Part shown: piece by piece, positions 54,628-63,266 of the stretch | Layout: each line of letters opens with the position of its first letter | Numbering within the stretch: the first letter of the stretch is position 1 | DNA from: Candidatus Iainarchaeum sp. | GTDB lineage: Archaea; Iainarchaeota; Iainarchaeia; Iainarchaeales; DTGL01 | DNA: 64,000 nt | Assembly (NCBI GenBank): GCA_026413945.1 | Contig: JAOAJX010000006.1 | Span: 20,519-84,518, forward strand | Reading direction: 5' to 3' | Translations under genes and position numbers: made by a program | Notes under the pieces: model-generated | The model's database searches: none | The model's input: the letters and a program-made list of their open reading frames with translations, nothing else | Told to the model about the DNA's origin: nothing

Positions 54628-57060
54628 ATGAAAAAAGAAGTTGCTCTTCTGTTAGATGTCGATTACACGAAAGAAGGCAAGTCACAAATTGTGCTTTTTT
54701 TTAAAGCGAAGAAAGAAAAATTAATGCTTTTTGTGCCGAATTATTTGCCATATTTGTACATAACAAACGATGAAAATCCTAAAGAAATAATAAAAAAAAT
54801 ACTTGAAGCAGACTTAAACGGCGTTAAGGCTGCAAATGCTATCTGCGTTGAAAAAAAACTCTTTGGCTCTGAAGAAAAAACAAATGCAATAATGGTTTTC
54901 TTTAACTCAACAAAGGAGCTAAAAGATGCGCGTGAAGCAATAAAGAGTCTGGGGCTAAATGTGCACAAACATGAATTTGACATTCCTTTTGTAAAAAGGT
55001 TTCTACTAGACTCTAGCTTAGAGATTTTCTCCTATTATGAAATAGAATATGATGAAAAGACAAGGGAGATAAAAAAATTTAACAAAACCAGCAATCTTTA
55101 CGAGCCATTTGAAATTAAAATAGGTGCTCTTGACATTGAGACATATTCACCAGAAAGGTTTTCCGATCCTTCGAAGGACCCAATAATTATGGCATCTTAT
55201 GTGGATAAAGATGAAAGGGTCGTCCTTTGCACAGAAAAGATAAACGTCAATTATGCTACAAAAGTCAAAGATGAGAAGGAATTAGTTGAAAAGATTGTTG
55301 AAAAGATAAAATCAAAGGATTTGGATTTGGTTGTAACATACAATGGCGACAATTTTGATTTGCCTTATCTCAAGGTCCGTGCCACAAAGCTCAAAACAAG
55401 GTTTGATGTTGGTATTGATGGCTCTGAGCCAGTCACTGTGAAAAAAACACGAGAATCTGCAACAAAGATAAGGGGAAGGCCTCATATTGATTCTTATCAG
55501 TTATTGCGCATCTTAACGCGCTTAGGAGTTGTGAACCTTATAAAAATGGATTTGGAAAGTGTGAGCAAAGCACTTTTTAATGAGCAAAAGGAAAAAATAC
55601 CTGCCGAAGAGATAAATAAGATTTGGAATAGCAAAAAAGGGTTGGAAAGGTTGGCAGAATACAATCTTTTGGACTCTGAAGTTGCGTACAGAATTGCCGA
55701 CAGGTATCTACCACTTTTCATAGAACTCGGAAAACTTGTACATTATACGCTTTTTGATGTGACTAGAAGCTCGAGCTCGCAGCTTGTAGAAGCTTTGCTT
55801 AGTACAGAGGCATCAAAAGAAGATATGCTTATACCAAATAAACCCAGTGACAAGCAAGTTAGGGAGAGGATAATGCAAAGCTATCAAGGTGGCTTTGTGT
55901 ATGAACCGGTGCCAGGACTGCATGAAAATATTGCAGTGCTTGACTTTACAAGCTTGCATCCAACAATCATAATATCGCACAATGTAAGCCCTGACTCATT
56001 AAATTGTGAACATAAAGAGTGCATTGAAAAGAATTCAAGTCCAATAAAATATTGGTTTTGCACCAAAAAGAAGGGTTTTTTGCCAAAGGTTATACAGCGC
56101 TTATTTGAAGAAAGAGTTGCTATAAAGAAATCTCTAAAGAAATTGCAAAAAGGAAGCAAGGAGTACACGCTTGCTGATGCAAGACAGCACTCTCTAAAGA
56201 TAATACTTAATTCATTTTACGGTACGCTTGGCTATGCAAGGTTCAGATGGTACAGCAAAGAGTGTGCTGCAGCAGTTACTGCATGGAGTCGCGAGTATGT
56301 CAAAATGGTCGCAGAAGAAGCCAAAAAAGCGGGTTTTCAGATATTATATGGAGATACGGATAGCACATTTATAAAAATTCCTTATGACAAAAAAAAGGAA
56401 GAGGTGCTCGCATTTGTTGAGTATATAAATTCAAAATTGCCCGGAGTTATGAACCTTGAGTTAGAGGGCTTTTATAGAAGAGGTATCTTTGTAACTAAAA
56501 AATCAGAAACAACACAAGCTGCAAAAAAGAAATATGCTTTGATAAGCGAGGATGGTACTCTTAAGATTGTCGGCTTTGAATATGTGCGCCGCGATTGGGC
56601 CAATATTGCAAAGGAAACACAACGTATGGTTATAAAAGCTATATTGGAAGATGGCTCACCAGAGAAAGCAATTGCGATAGTAAAGCAAAAGATACAGGAG
56701 TTACGCGATGGCAAAACAAAGAAGAGCGACCTTATTATATACTCACAAATAAAAAAGGACATAAATGCATATGAAAGTGTTGGGCCTCATGTTGCTGCTG
56801 CAAAAAAGGCTATTATGCAAGGGCGTGATTTAGGTGAAAGCTCAGTTGTTGGCTATATAATAACAAAATGTGGTAAAAGCATAAGCGACAAAGCCCAACT
56901 CGCAGAGTATGTAAACGAAGGAAACTATGATGCCGAATACTATATAAAAAATCAGATCATACCTTCGGTTATAAAAATAATTAGCGAGTTTGGTTATAGT
57001 GAAGAAGATCTTGTTGCAGGTGGTAAGCAGGTGAGTTTAGGTTATTTTAGCAAAGGGTGA
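54628..57060 (+). CDS. polB: Family B DNA polymerase (archaeal PolB3-type)
   Basis: ExoI DIETY, ExoII YNGDNFDLPYL, ExoIII YNLLDS, motif A DFTSLHPTII, motif B KIILNSFYG, motif C YGDTDS, KKKYAL, VRRDW, and PIP box QVSLGYF. Confidence 0.97.
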   Translation: MKKEVALLLDVDYTKEGKSQIVLFFKAKKEKLMLFVPNYLPYLYITNDENPKEIIKKILEADLNGVKAANAICVEKKLFGSEEKTNAIMVFFNSTKELKDAREAIKSLGLNVHKHEFDIPFVKRFLLDSSLEIFSYYEIEYDEKTREIKKFNKTSNLYEPFEIKIGALDIETYSPERFSDPSKDPIIMASYVDKDERVVLCTEKINVNYATKVKDEKELVEKIVEKIKSKDLDLVVTYNGDNFDLPYLKVRATKLKTRFDVGIDGSEPVTVKKTRESATKIRGRPHIDSYQLLRILTRLGVVNLIKMDLESVSKALFNEQKEKIPAEEINKIWNSKKGLERLAEYNLLDSEVAYRIADRYLPLFIELGKLVHYTLFDVTRSSSSQLVEALLSTEASKEDMLIPNKPSDKQVRERIMQSYQGGFVYEPVPGLHENIAVLDFTSLHPTIIISHNVSPDSLNCEHKECIEKNSSPIKYWFCTKKKGFLPKVIQRLFEERVAIKKSLKKLQKGSKEYTLADARQHSLKIILNSFYGTLGYARFRWYSKECAAAVTAWSREYVKMVAEEAKKAGFQILYGDTDSTFIKIPYDKKKEEVLAFVEYINSKLPGVMNLELEGFYRRGIFVTKKSETTQAAKKKYALISEDGTLKIVGFEYVRRDWANIAKETQRMVIKAILEDGSPEKAIAIVKQKIQELRDGKTKKSDLIIYSQIKKDINAYESVGPHVAAAKKAIMQGRDLGESSVVGYIITKCGKSISDKAQLAEYVNEGNYDAEYYIKNQIIPSVIKIISEFGYSEEDLVAGGKQVSLGYFSKG

Positions 57061-57064
57061 TTTT

Positions 57065-57991
57065 TTGGAAAAAGAAATATCTGCAAAGTATGTGACTGCT
57101 GGTCTCATACTTTCCGAAGCAAAAAATTTTGCAAAAAAGATTTTAGTGCCTGGTGCTGATATTTTTGAGTGTGCTGAGAAAATAGAGGAGTTCATTTTAA
57201 AGAAAGGTGGTAAACCGGCTTTTCCAGTAAATCTTAGCTTCAACGAGAACGCTGCACACCAAACGCCCGATTGGAATGAAAAAATTGTTCTGCGGAAGGA
57301 TGATGTTCTCAAAGTTGATATTGGCGTACACATAGAAGGCTATATTGCTGACTGTGCTTTTACTGTAAACTATTCGGAAAAATATGGGAAACTTATAGAA
57401 GCTGCTGAGCAGGCTCTTAGCAATGCTTTTTCTATCTTACCCAATAACCCAACAATTGGTGAGATTGGTGGTCGTATAGAAAAAATAATTCTGGAAATGG
57501 GCTTTAAACCAGTTGATAATCTAACAGGCCATGGTCTTGAACAGTACTTGCAACATGCGCCCCCAAGCATACCAAATATAGAAAATAGAAGCAAAGCCAG
57601 ACTTGAAAATGGCAGAGCTTATGCAATAGAGCCATTTGTAAGCACTGGTGATGGCCATGTGAGAGAAGGTGCAAAAGCAAATATATTCTGTCTTCAAGAG
57701 ATAAAGGCAATAAGGAATGTCCATTCGAGAAAGATTCTTGGCCATGTGGTTGAAAACTATAAAACACTCCCATTTGCAGAAAGATGGCTTCAAAGGGAGC
57801 TAAAAATGAGCAATTTTGAGTTGAAGGTCGGATTGAAGCAACTAATGCATGAGAAAATAATAAAAGCATATCCAATACTCCACGATTTGCATGGTTCTTA
57901 TGTTGCGCAAGCAGAGAATAGCTTTATAAAGATGGAAAAGCAAATTATTCCTTTAGTGGTTGAAAATGATGGAAAAGCTAAAGGCACATAA
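57065..57991 (+). CDS. map: Methionine aminopeptidase, type II
   Basis: PAFPVNLS.NE.AAH, KVDIGVHIEGYIADCAFT, NLTGHGL, AIEPF, LPFAERWL insert. Confidence 0.95.
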   Translation: MEKEISAKYVTAGLILSEAKNFAKKILVPGADIFECAEKIEEFILKKGGKPAFPVNLSFNENAAHQTPDWNEKIVLRKDDVLKVDIGVHIEGYIADCAFTVNYSEKYGKLIEAAEQALSNAFSILPNNPTIGEIGGRIEKIILEMGFKPVDNLTGHGLEQYLQHAPPSIPNIENRSKARLENGRAYAIEPFVSTGDGHVREGAKANIFCLQEIKAIRNVHSRKILGHVVENYKTLPFAERWLQRELKMSNFELKVGLKQLMHEKIIKAYPILHDLHGSYVAQAENSFIKMEKQIIPLVVENDGKAKGT

Positions 57992-58910
57992 GCTTGAGAT
58001 CATTGCTCTCGGGATATCGTTTGCATCTATTTTTCTTTCAATGTTTTTTCTTAATTTGAGTGGCTTTAATTTGGGGTTGTTTTTGCTGTTTGACCTCTAT
58101 TCCATGAAAGACATTTTCTTTTCACCTATGCTTTGGCTTTTTGTAATTTTTTTCAGTATTGGCAATAGCATTTTTATTTATCTCTTTCACTCTAAGAGAA
58201 ATAATATATCATTGGCCTTAAGTGTGCTATCTTCTGCTTCAGCTTTATTTTGCAGCTTTTTTATTTTCCCAAATTTGAGACAACTTGTCTTTATAGTGCC
58301 TTTTTATGTCATTGGTCTTGCGCTATGCAAAGAGATTTTTTTGGCAAGGAACAACGAACTAAAGAGATTTAAAAATATAAGGGCAGCAAGCACAGCCCTT
58401 GGAAAAATGTTTTTGGTTCTCTCAATAGGTCTATTTTTTTGCGGCTTTATGGCAGTTACGCCTGAAAAAGAAAAGTATGCTGAAAGGTTTGAGCAAACAT
58501 TTTTAAAGTCTTTTATGAAACTTGTACTCGGCAGTGTCAGCGATGCTGTAGTTGAAGAAAAAAGGGGGCTTGTAAGAGAAATAATTGATTCAAATGAGTT
58601 TAGAGCAATGGAGATTGTTAATAACGAGGCAAACAAGGAATTTTCAAGATATATGAGAAATCTTGCACAAGACATACATTCGCAAAAATATCGCAAGGAC
58701 GCTATAAAAGAAGTTGAAAGAGTTATTGAAAGCAAAGATTTTCTTGAAAAGGCTTCTGATCATATGCCTTTAAAGAAATTTACAAGAAGTATGAGTCACA
58801 TAATTTTGCCATTTAATGCTGCATTTATTTTCTGGGTTTTCGCACAGCTGTTTATAATATTACCTTGTGCCCTGCTTTCTACACTCTTCATAAAGATTAG
58901 TTGGGAATGA
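57966..58910 (+). CDS. Hypothetical multi-pass membrane protein
   Basis: About 6 TM helices with a charged soluble loop; ATG at 57966 is preferred over TTG 57960. Confidence 0.75.
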   Translation: MMEKLKAHKLEIIALGISFASIFLSMFFLNLSGFNLGLFLLFDLYSMKDIFFSPMLWLFVIFFSIGNSIFIYLFHSKRNNISLALSVLSSASALFCSFFIFPNLRQLVFIVPFYVIGLALCKEIFLARNNELKRFKNIRAASTALGKMFLVLSIGLFFCGFMAVTPEKEKYAERFEQTFLKSFMKLVLGSVSDAVVEEKRGLVREIIDSNEFRAMEIVNNEANKEFSRYMRNLAQDIHSQKYRKDAIKEVERVIESKDFLEKASDHMPLKKFTRSMSHIILPFNAAFIFWVFAQLFIILPCALLSTLFIKISWE

Positions 58911-58978
58911 AAGATCAGCTCTTTAAATCAACTAAACTGGACACTATTAAATTGCTTTCTGCTGAAATAATACTTTAA

Positions 58979-59050
58979 GACCCTGTGGTGTAGTGGACAG
59001 CATAGCAGCCTGCGGAGCTGCTGACCCGGGTTCAAGTCCCGGCAGGGTCA
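58979..59050 (+). tRNA. tRNA-Arg(GCG)
   Basis: Acceptor GACCCTG/CAGGGTC, anticodon arm GCAGC-CTGCGGA-GCTGC, T-loop TTCAAGT. Confidence 0.93.
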
Positions 59051-59056
59051 TACAAA

Positions 59057-59377
59057 TTAACAAGGAACTTTTTCAGGATTTGGATTTGTCTCATTGGCAG
59101 GAGTCCAGCATACGCAGTTTTTACAGATTCCTATGCACTTAAAATCTCCTCCGCTGCACGATGCTCCAGGCGGACACAGGCCTGTTTTTATGCCTATGCA
59201 TTCGCAGCTTTTCTGCTGACCACCATAGGCAAACCAATGGCCACACTCGAAGCCAATTGGAATGTATGGCAAAATAAAAACCGCAAAGGCAACTATAGCC
59301 AAAAGCACTATGCCAATAACAACATAGCTTTTTTTCGAGAAAAAAGATATCTTCTGTTTTTTCTCTTTATTTTCCAT
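59057..59377 (-). CDS. Small membrane-anchored Cys-rich protein
   Basis: Basic N-terminus, TM helix, then about 10 Cys in about 60 aa; GAGGTG SD upstream. Confidence 0.75.
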   Translation of the reverse strand: MENKEKKQKISFFSKKSYVVIGIVLLAIVAFAVFILPYIPIGFECGHWFAYGGQQKSCECIGIKTGLCPPGASCSGGDFKCIGICKNCVCWTPANETNPNPEKVPC

Positions 59378-59472
59378 TTGTTCACCTCAAAGTTTTTGAT
59401 ATATATATATATCCCTTATATAAAAAACTTTTGCATCTGGAAAATATTAGAAAGGTTTTAAGAACTATTTAA

Positions 59473-59556
59473 GCAGGAGTGCCCGAGTGGTCTAAGGGGC
59501 AGCGTTCAGGGCGCTGTGGCTTAGTGCCTTCGGCGGTTCGAATCCGCCCTCCTGCA
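59473..59556 (+). tRNA. tRNA-Leu(CAG)
   Basis: Acceptor GCAGGAG/CTCCTGC, anticodon arm CAGCG-TTCAGGG-CGCTG, long variable arm, T-loop TTCGAAT. Confidence 0.93.
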
Positions 59557-59727
59557 AACAAAAGCACAAATAAAACAATTAAAAAGTGTTGCTATACAAA
59601 TGTTATATTATGAGCTTCAAAGGCGATTTACTTCATCTACGCTAGTTCTGTTTTCTATAGCGGAAGCTCTTGCGATTGTAACTTTCCAACATATTACAAA
59701 TTTTTGCAAAAATACCTAATTAAATAT

Positions 59728-59799
59728 GGCTGCGGTGGTGTAACGGTAGCATACGGGCCTGTGGAGCCCTTGGTTTGGGTTCGAATCCCAGCCGCGGCC
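59728..59799 (+). tRNA. tRNA-His(GTG) with genome-encoded G-1
   Basis: G-GCTGCGG/CCGCGGC-C, anticodon loop CTGTGGA, T-loop TTCGAAT. Confidence 0.93.
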
Positions 59800-59810
59800 T
59801 TTTAGGTGTT

Positions 59811-61073
59811 ATGATGGCCTTTGAAACGGTTCGTGGAATGCGAGATCTTCCGCCGGAACTTGCACGAAAAAAACAAAAAATTGAAGAGATCTGCAAACAA
59901 ACTTTCGAGCGCTATGGCTTTGAACCATTAGATACGCCAATTGTTGAGAGCTTAGAACTTCTCACAAAAAAGGGAAGTGCTGGAGAAGCAATTGAGAATG
60001 AAATATATGCTTTTGAAGACAAAGGAGGAAGAAAACTCGGGCTTAGGTTTGACCTCACTGTGCCGCTTGCAAGGTTCGTTGCTTCTTCAAGGTCTTTACA
60101 AATTCCTTTCAAGCGATACCAGATAGGTAAGGTTTACCGCTATGACAGGCCCCAGGCAAAACGCTATCGCGAATTTACTCAGGCGGACGCAGATATAATT
60201 GGAGTTAGCTCCGTATTGGCTGAGCTTGAGTTAATATCTTTGAGCTATGATATAATTAAAGAGCTCAGAATAGAAGCAAAGCTTGCCTTGAACTCAAGAA
60301 AGCTACTTGAAAGCATCGCAATCGCATCTGGCGTTAAAAGAGATCAGTTAAGCGACTGTTTTAGGATAATAGACAAAGTTAGCAAGGTTGGTTGGGACGA
60401 AATTGAGAAAGAGCTGTGCTCTAAAAAAATAAGACCTGACATTTTGGATATTATTAAAAGAAATGATTTGGAATATGCAAAAAAAGTCATTTTAAGTTCA
60501 GAGCAATGTGACAATGGCTTAGAGCGTCTAAATGATTTATTGAGATATGTTAAGATTATTGGTCTATCTGATTTTGTTAATGTTGATCTTTCACTTGCAA
60601 GAGGCCTTGATTATTACACAGATATTGTAATGGAAATAAAAAGTCTTGATGGCACAAGCATTGGCGGTGGTGGAAGATACGATGGGCTTATTGAAAAGTA
60701 TGGTGGCAAAAGTACATATGCTACTGGAATTTCATTTGGAATTGACAGGATGCTTGACACTATTTTTGATAAAATAATCTCAAAAGAAACCATGGTAAAA
60801 GCATTTGTAGCGGTAGTAAGAAATGAAGATTTTGACGAAGCACTGAAAGTAGTAACAAAATTAAGATCTATGGGTATGAATGCTGAGTTTGACCTGATGC
60901 ATAGGAACATATCAAAAAACCTAGAATATGCTTCAAGAAAAGGCATACCTTACTTTATTATCATAGGCCCTAAAGAGCTTAGCGAAAGAAAAGTTAAGCT
61001 AAGGGATATGAAAACTGGTAAGGAACGCTATTTTAATCTCAGTGATATTGAAAAGATTAAGGAAACATTATAA
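59811..61073 (+). CDS. hisS: Histidyl-tRNA synthetase
   Basis: VRGMRD, LRFDLTVPLAR, VYRYDRPQAKRYREFTQAD, LARGLDYYT, IGGGGRYDGL, GISFGIDR and an anticodon-binding domain. Start at ATG 59811 or 59814 after AGGTG. Confidence 0.97.
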   Translation: MMAFETVRGMRDLPPELARKKQKIEEICKQTFERYGFEPLDTPIVESLELLTKKGSAGEAIENEIYAFEDKGGRKLGLRFDLTVPLARFVASSRSLQIPFKRYQIGKVYRYDRPQAKRYREFTQADADIIGVSSVLAELELISLSYDIIKELRIEAKLALNSRKLLESIAIASGVKRDQLSDCFRIIDKVSKVGWDEIEKELCSKKIRPDILDIIKRNDLEYAKKVILSSEQCDNGLERLNDLLRYVKIIGLSDFVNVDLSLARGLDYYTDIVMEIKSLDGTSIGGGGRYDGLIEKYGGKSTYATGISFGIDRMLDTIFDKIISKETMVKAFVAVVRNEDFDEALKVVTKLRSMGMNAEFDLMHRNISKNLEYASRKGIPYFIIIGPKELSERKVKLRDMKTGKERYFNLSDIEKIKETL

Positions 61074-61120
61074 ATAATTCTCACAAAAGTAGTATTGTAA
61101 ATAGAAAAAATGTTTAGATT

Positions 61121-61195
61121 GCCCCGGTAGCTTTAGTCAGCAAGAGCGCCACACTGGTAATGTGGAGGTCGCGGGTGCAAATCCCGCCCGGGGCT
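61121..61195 (+). tRNA. tRNA-Thr(GGT)
   Basis: Acceptor GCCCCGG/CCGGGGC, anticodon arm CCACA-CTGGTAA-TGTGG; atypical T-loop TGCAAAT. Confidence 0.9.
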
Positions 61196-61281
61196 TCAAT
61201 AAAGCATTTTTAATAAATTCTTGTTTTGCACAAGTTTTGCACAAATCAGATTTAAAAATCTAATTGTGCTAATCTATAGTT

Positions 61282-61563
61282 ATGGCTCTTGGCAGCTATC
61301 TCAAAGTTGTTAAAGCCCAAAAAGAAGCTCAAAAACCTGCTTCATCACCACTTTCTTCAGAAGTTTATACTCCAAAACCAGATCAAGGTATTGGTTCCGG
61401 TATGCTAGTTGACACAAAAGAAAATGTAGAAGCTTGGAAAACCTGCCAGCATTTGAAAGTAAAGGACAACGAGCCATATTGCAGCTATTTTGTGGCAAAA
61501 TGCGGTATGGATAGATGCAACAAAAGGTTTTTGAGCATTACTAAAAAAATCCCAAAACTGTAA
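61282..61563 (+). CDS. Small hypothetical protein with four-Cys (possible metal-binding) C-terminus
   Basis: CQHL...YCSYFVAKCGMDRC. Confidence 0.65.
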   Translation: MALGSYLKVVKAQKEAQKPASSPLSSEVYTPKPDQGIGSGMLVDTKENVEAWKTCQHLKVKDNEPYCSYFVAKCGMDRCNKRFLSITKKIPKL

Positions 61564-61581
61564 TATATTATTTATCTTATT

Positions 61582-62217
61582 CTAATTGTCCTTTCCTTCC
61601 ATCTGTTGTATCTCGCCCAAATTAAGCTTAAGCTTCGGCTTTCTCTTTAGAGCGTATACTGTAAGGATTGTTCCTAATATCAAACAGGAGGTTGCCAACA
61701 ATAACGTGATTGGTTCACGGCTGATTTTAAAGCTGCTTTCAGCAGCATGACTTTGCGCCTCAGAAGAATGTGATTGTTGACCTTCAGTATATTCGTATCT
61801 TTTGGTTAATTGTGGGACTTCTGAGTCAACACTTTTCATTATGCTTTCATCTTTGATCTGAATTTGAGGCAGATTAAAGAAGTATAAAAAAAATTGCAGG
61901 AAAGCCAATACTAATAAAATTCCTGCAAGCAAAAGCACTACGCGCCTACTTTTGTCAAAAAACATTGTCCCTTTGTTGGTTAAGCGATAATAGACCCATT
62001 TAGGGGCATAGTTGCTTTCAACTCTCTCTACTAATTTGGCTTCTTCTAGCTTTCTTATATGCTCATGTATCGTTGATTTTGAGCAGTTAAGCCGCTTTGC
62101 TATCTCAGACACAGTGTATTTGCGTCCTGAAAGAAGCTTTAGTATTTCTACACGCGTATCCGATGAAAGAGCTTTTAGCTGTTCATTGTCTATAACAAGT
62201 TCTTGTTGCTCTTCCAT
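61582..62217 (-). CDS. ArsR-type winged-helix transcription regulator with two TM helices
   Basis: LKALSSDTRVEILKLL...TVSEIAKRLNCSKSTIHEHIRKLEEAKLVER...YYRLT, followed by TM-loop-TM. Confidence 0.88.
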   Translation of the reverse strand: MEEQQELVIDNEQLKALSSDTRVEILKLLSGRKYTVSEIAKRLNCSKSTIHEHIRKLEEAKLVERVESNYAPKWVYYRLTNKGTMFFDKSRRVVLLLAGILLVLAFLQFFLYFFNLPQIQIKDESIMKSVDSEVPQLTKRYEYTEGQQSHSSEAQSHAAESSFKISREPITLLLATSCLILGTILTVYALKRKPKLKLNLGEIQQMEGKDN

Positions 62218-62318
62218 AAAAAAAACTTAAAAAAAACCATTTAAATTGTTTTCTTTTTTGTTCGCCACAAAAGAGGCCTTTTATTCAAAAAGTAAAGATT
62301 AAAAACAGATTAAAGAAT

Positions 62319-63020
62319 ATGTATGCAGAGAGTATGCTTGAAGAAGAGGTAATTGAAGCTTTGGTTTCCAAACTGTTGCGTAATGATCTAAGTATTGCGA
62401 TTGGCACTGGCGAGCATGGTGAAAAGTTCCTTAAGCAGATTGCAATAAAAGCGATTGAAAACGACTTTAAAGTAAGAATAATTCCCACATCTTTAAAACT
62501 TGCTGCAATATGTGCTTCCTTTAAGCTTCCGATTGAGTCGATAAATAGAAGTGAGGTTGACCTTGCAATAGAGTTTGCCAGCGTGGTGGATACGCAATTC
62601 AATTACATTAAGCGCGAAACAACCTCTCTTATAAGAGATAAGATGATTGCACAGAGCGCTGCCGAGCTCGTGGTTGTCTGCGAGGACACAAAATATGTAA
62701 AACGTTTGCATGGGATAATTCCATTTGAAGTTGATGCATTTGGTGCTGAAAGGAGCCTAATTCAGCTTGATGAGTACGGAAGGGCTAGCTTTAGGTTGGG
62801 TCCGAAAGGGGAACGCTTCTTTACTGAAAGCGGAAACAACATAATAGATGTGCATTTTGACCAAATATACTCGCTGGAGGACTTAGAATACAGCACGAAG
62901 AACATTCCAGGGGTAATAGAAACCGGCTTATTTTTAGGTTATGCTGATCGTGTGCTTTTGCACAATGGCAAAATAAAGATGCTTAGCAGGATTATAAAGC
63001 TAGAGGAGCAAATTGAATAA
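62319..63020 (+). CDS. rpiA: Ribose-5-phosphate isomerase A homolog with degenerate active-site motifs
   Basis: IAIGTG, IPTS, IPFEV, FTESGNNIID, IPGVIETGLF match the RpiA fold; the DGADE and KGGG motifs are altered. Confidence 0.8.
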   Translation: MYAESMLEEEVIEALVSKLLRNDLSIAIGTGEHGEKFLKQIAIKAIENDFKVRIIPTSLKLAAICASFKLPIESINRSEVDLAIEFASVVDTQFNYIKRETTSLIRDKMIAQSAAELVVVCEDTKYVKRLHGIIPFEVDAFGAERSLIQLDEYGRASFRLGPKGERFFTESGNNIIDVHFDQIYSLEDLEYSTKNIPGVIETGLFLGYADRVLLHNGKIKMLSRIIKLEEQIE

Positions 63021-63065
63021 AACTATAATTATTAAAACAATTTTCTGGGCCTAATTCTAATGTAA

Positions 63066-63138
63066 GCCAGAGTAGCTCAGCGGTTAGAGCGTTCGACTCA
63101 TAATCGAAAGGTCGCGGGTCCGACTCCCGCCTCTGGCA
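63066..63138 (+). tRNA. tRNA with CAT anticodon, probably elongator tRNA-Met
   Basis: Acceptor GCCAGAG/CTCTGGC, anticodon arm TTCGA-CTCATAA-TCGAA; lacks the initiator A1-T72 pair and the GGG/CCC anticodon stem; no intron. Ile2 identity is not fully excluded. Confidence 0.85.
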
Positions 63139-63202
63139 AAATTAGTTATTTTTTCACGGAATAAAGCGTTAAATAAAAGATTTTTTTTAATCTTTGTTTA
63201 CC

Positions 63203-63216
63203 GAAAGGTATAAATA
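63203..63216 (+). promoter_or_regulatory. BRE/TATA promoter for the 63267 ORF
   Basis: GAAAGG-TATAAATA about 50 bp upstream of the ATG, with an AGGTGG SD. Confidence 0.55.
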
Positions 63217-63266
63217 TAGGTAAATTAAACTAATATTATAAAAAAACTCTTCAGGTGGTTATTTTT

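Noticed and set aside
54628-57060. Intein, split or inactivated PolB
   Set aside because: The 810-aa ORF is continuous with normal motif spacing and intact catalytic Asp residues; only the steric-gate position is unusual.
59775-59810. N-terminal extension of hisS (MGSNPSRG...)
   Set aside because: It is a translation of the tRNA-His T-arm; the SD-supported ATG is at 59811 or 59814.
58979-63138. Integrated element or provirus at the tRNA cluster; tRNA introns
   Set aside because: No integrase or duplicated tRNA 3' end was seen, the intervening genes include housekeeping hisS, and all five tRNAs fold without introns.
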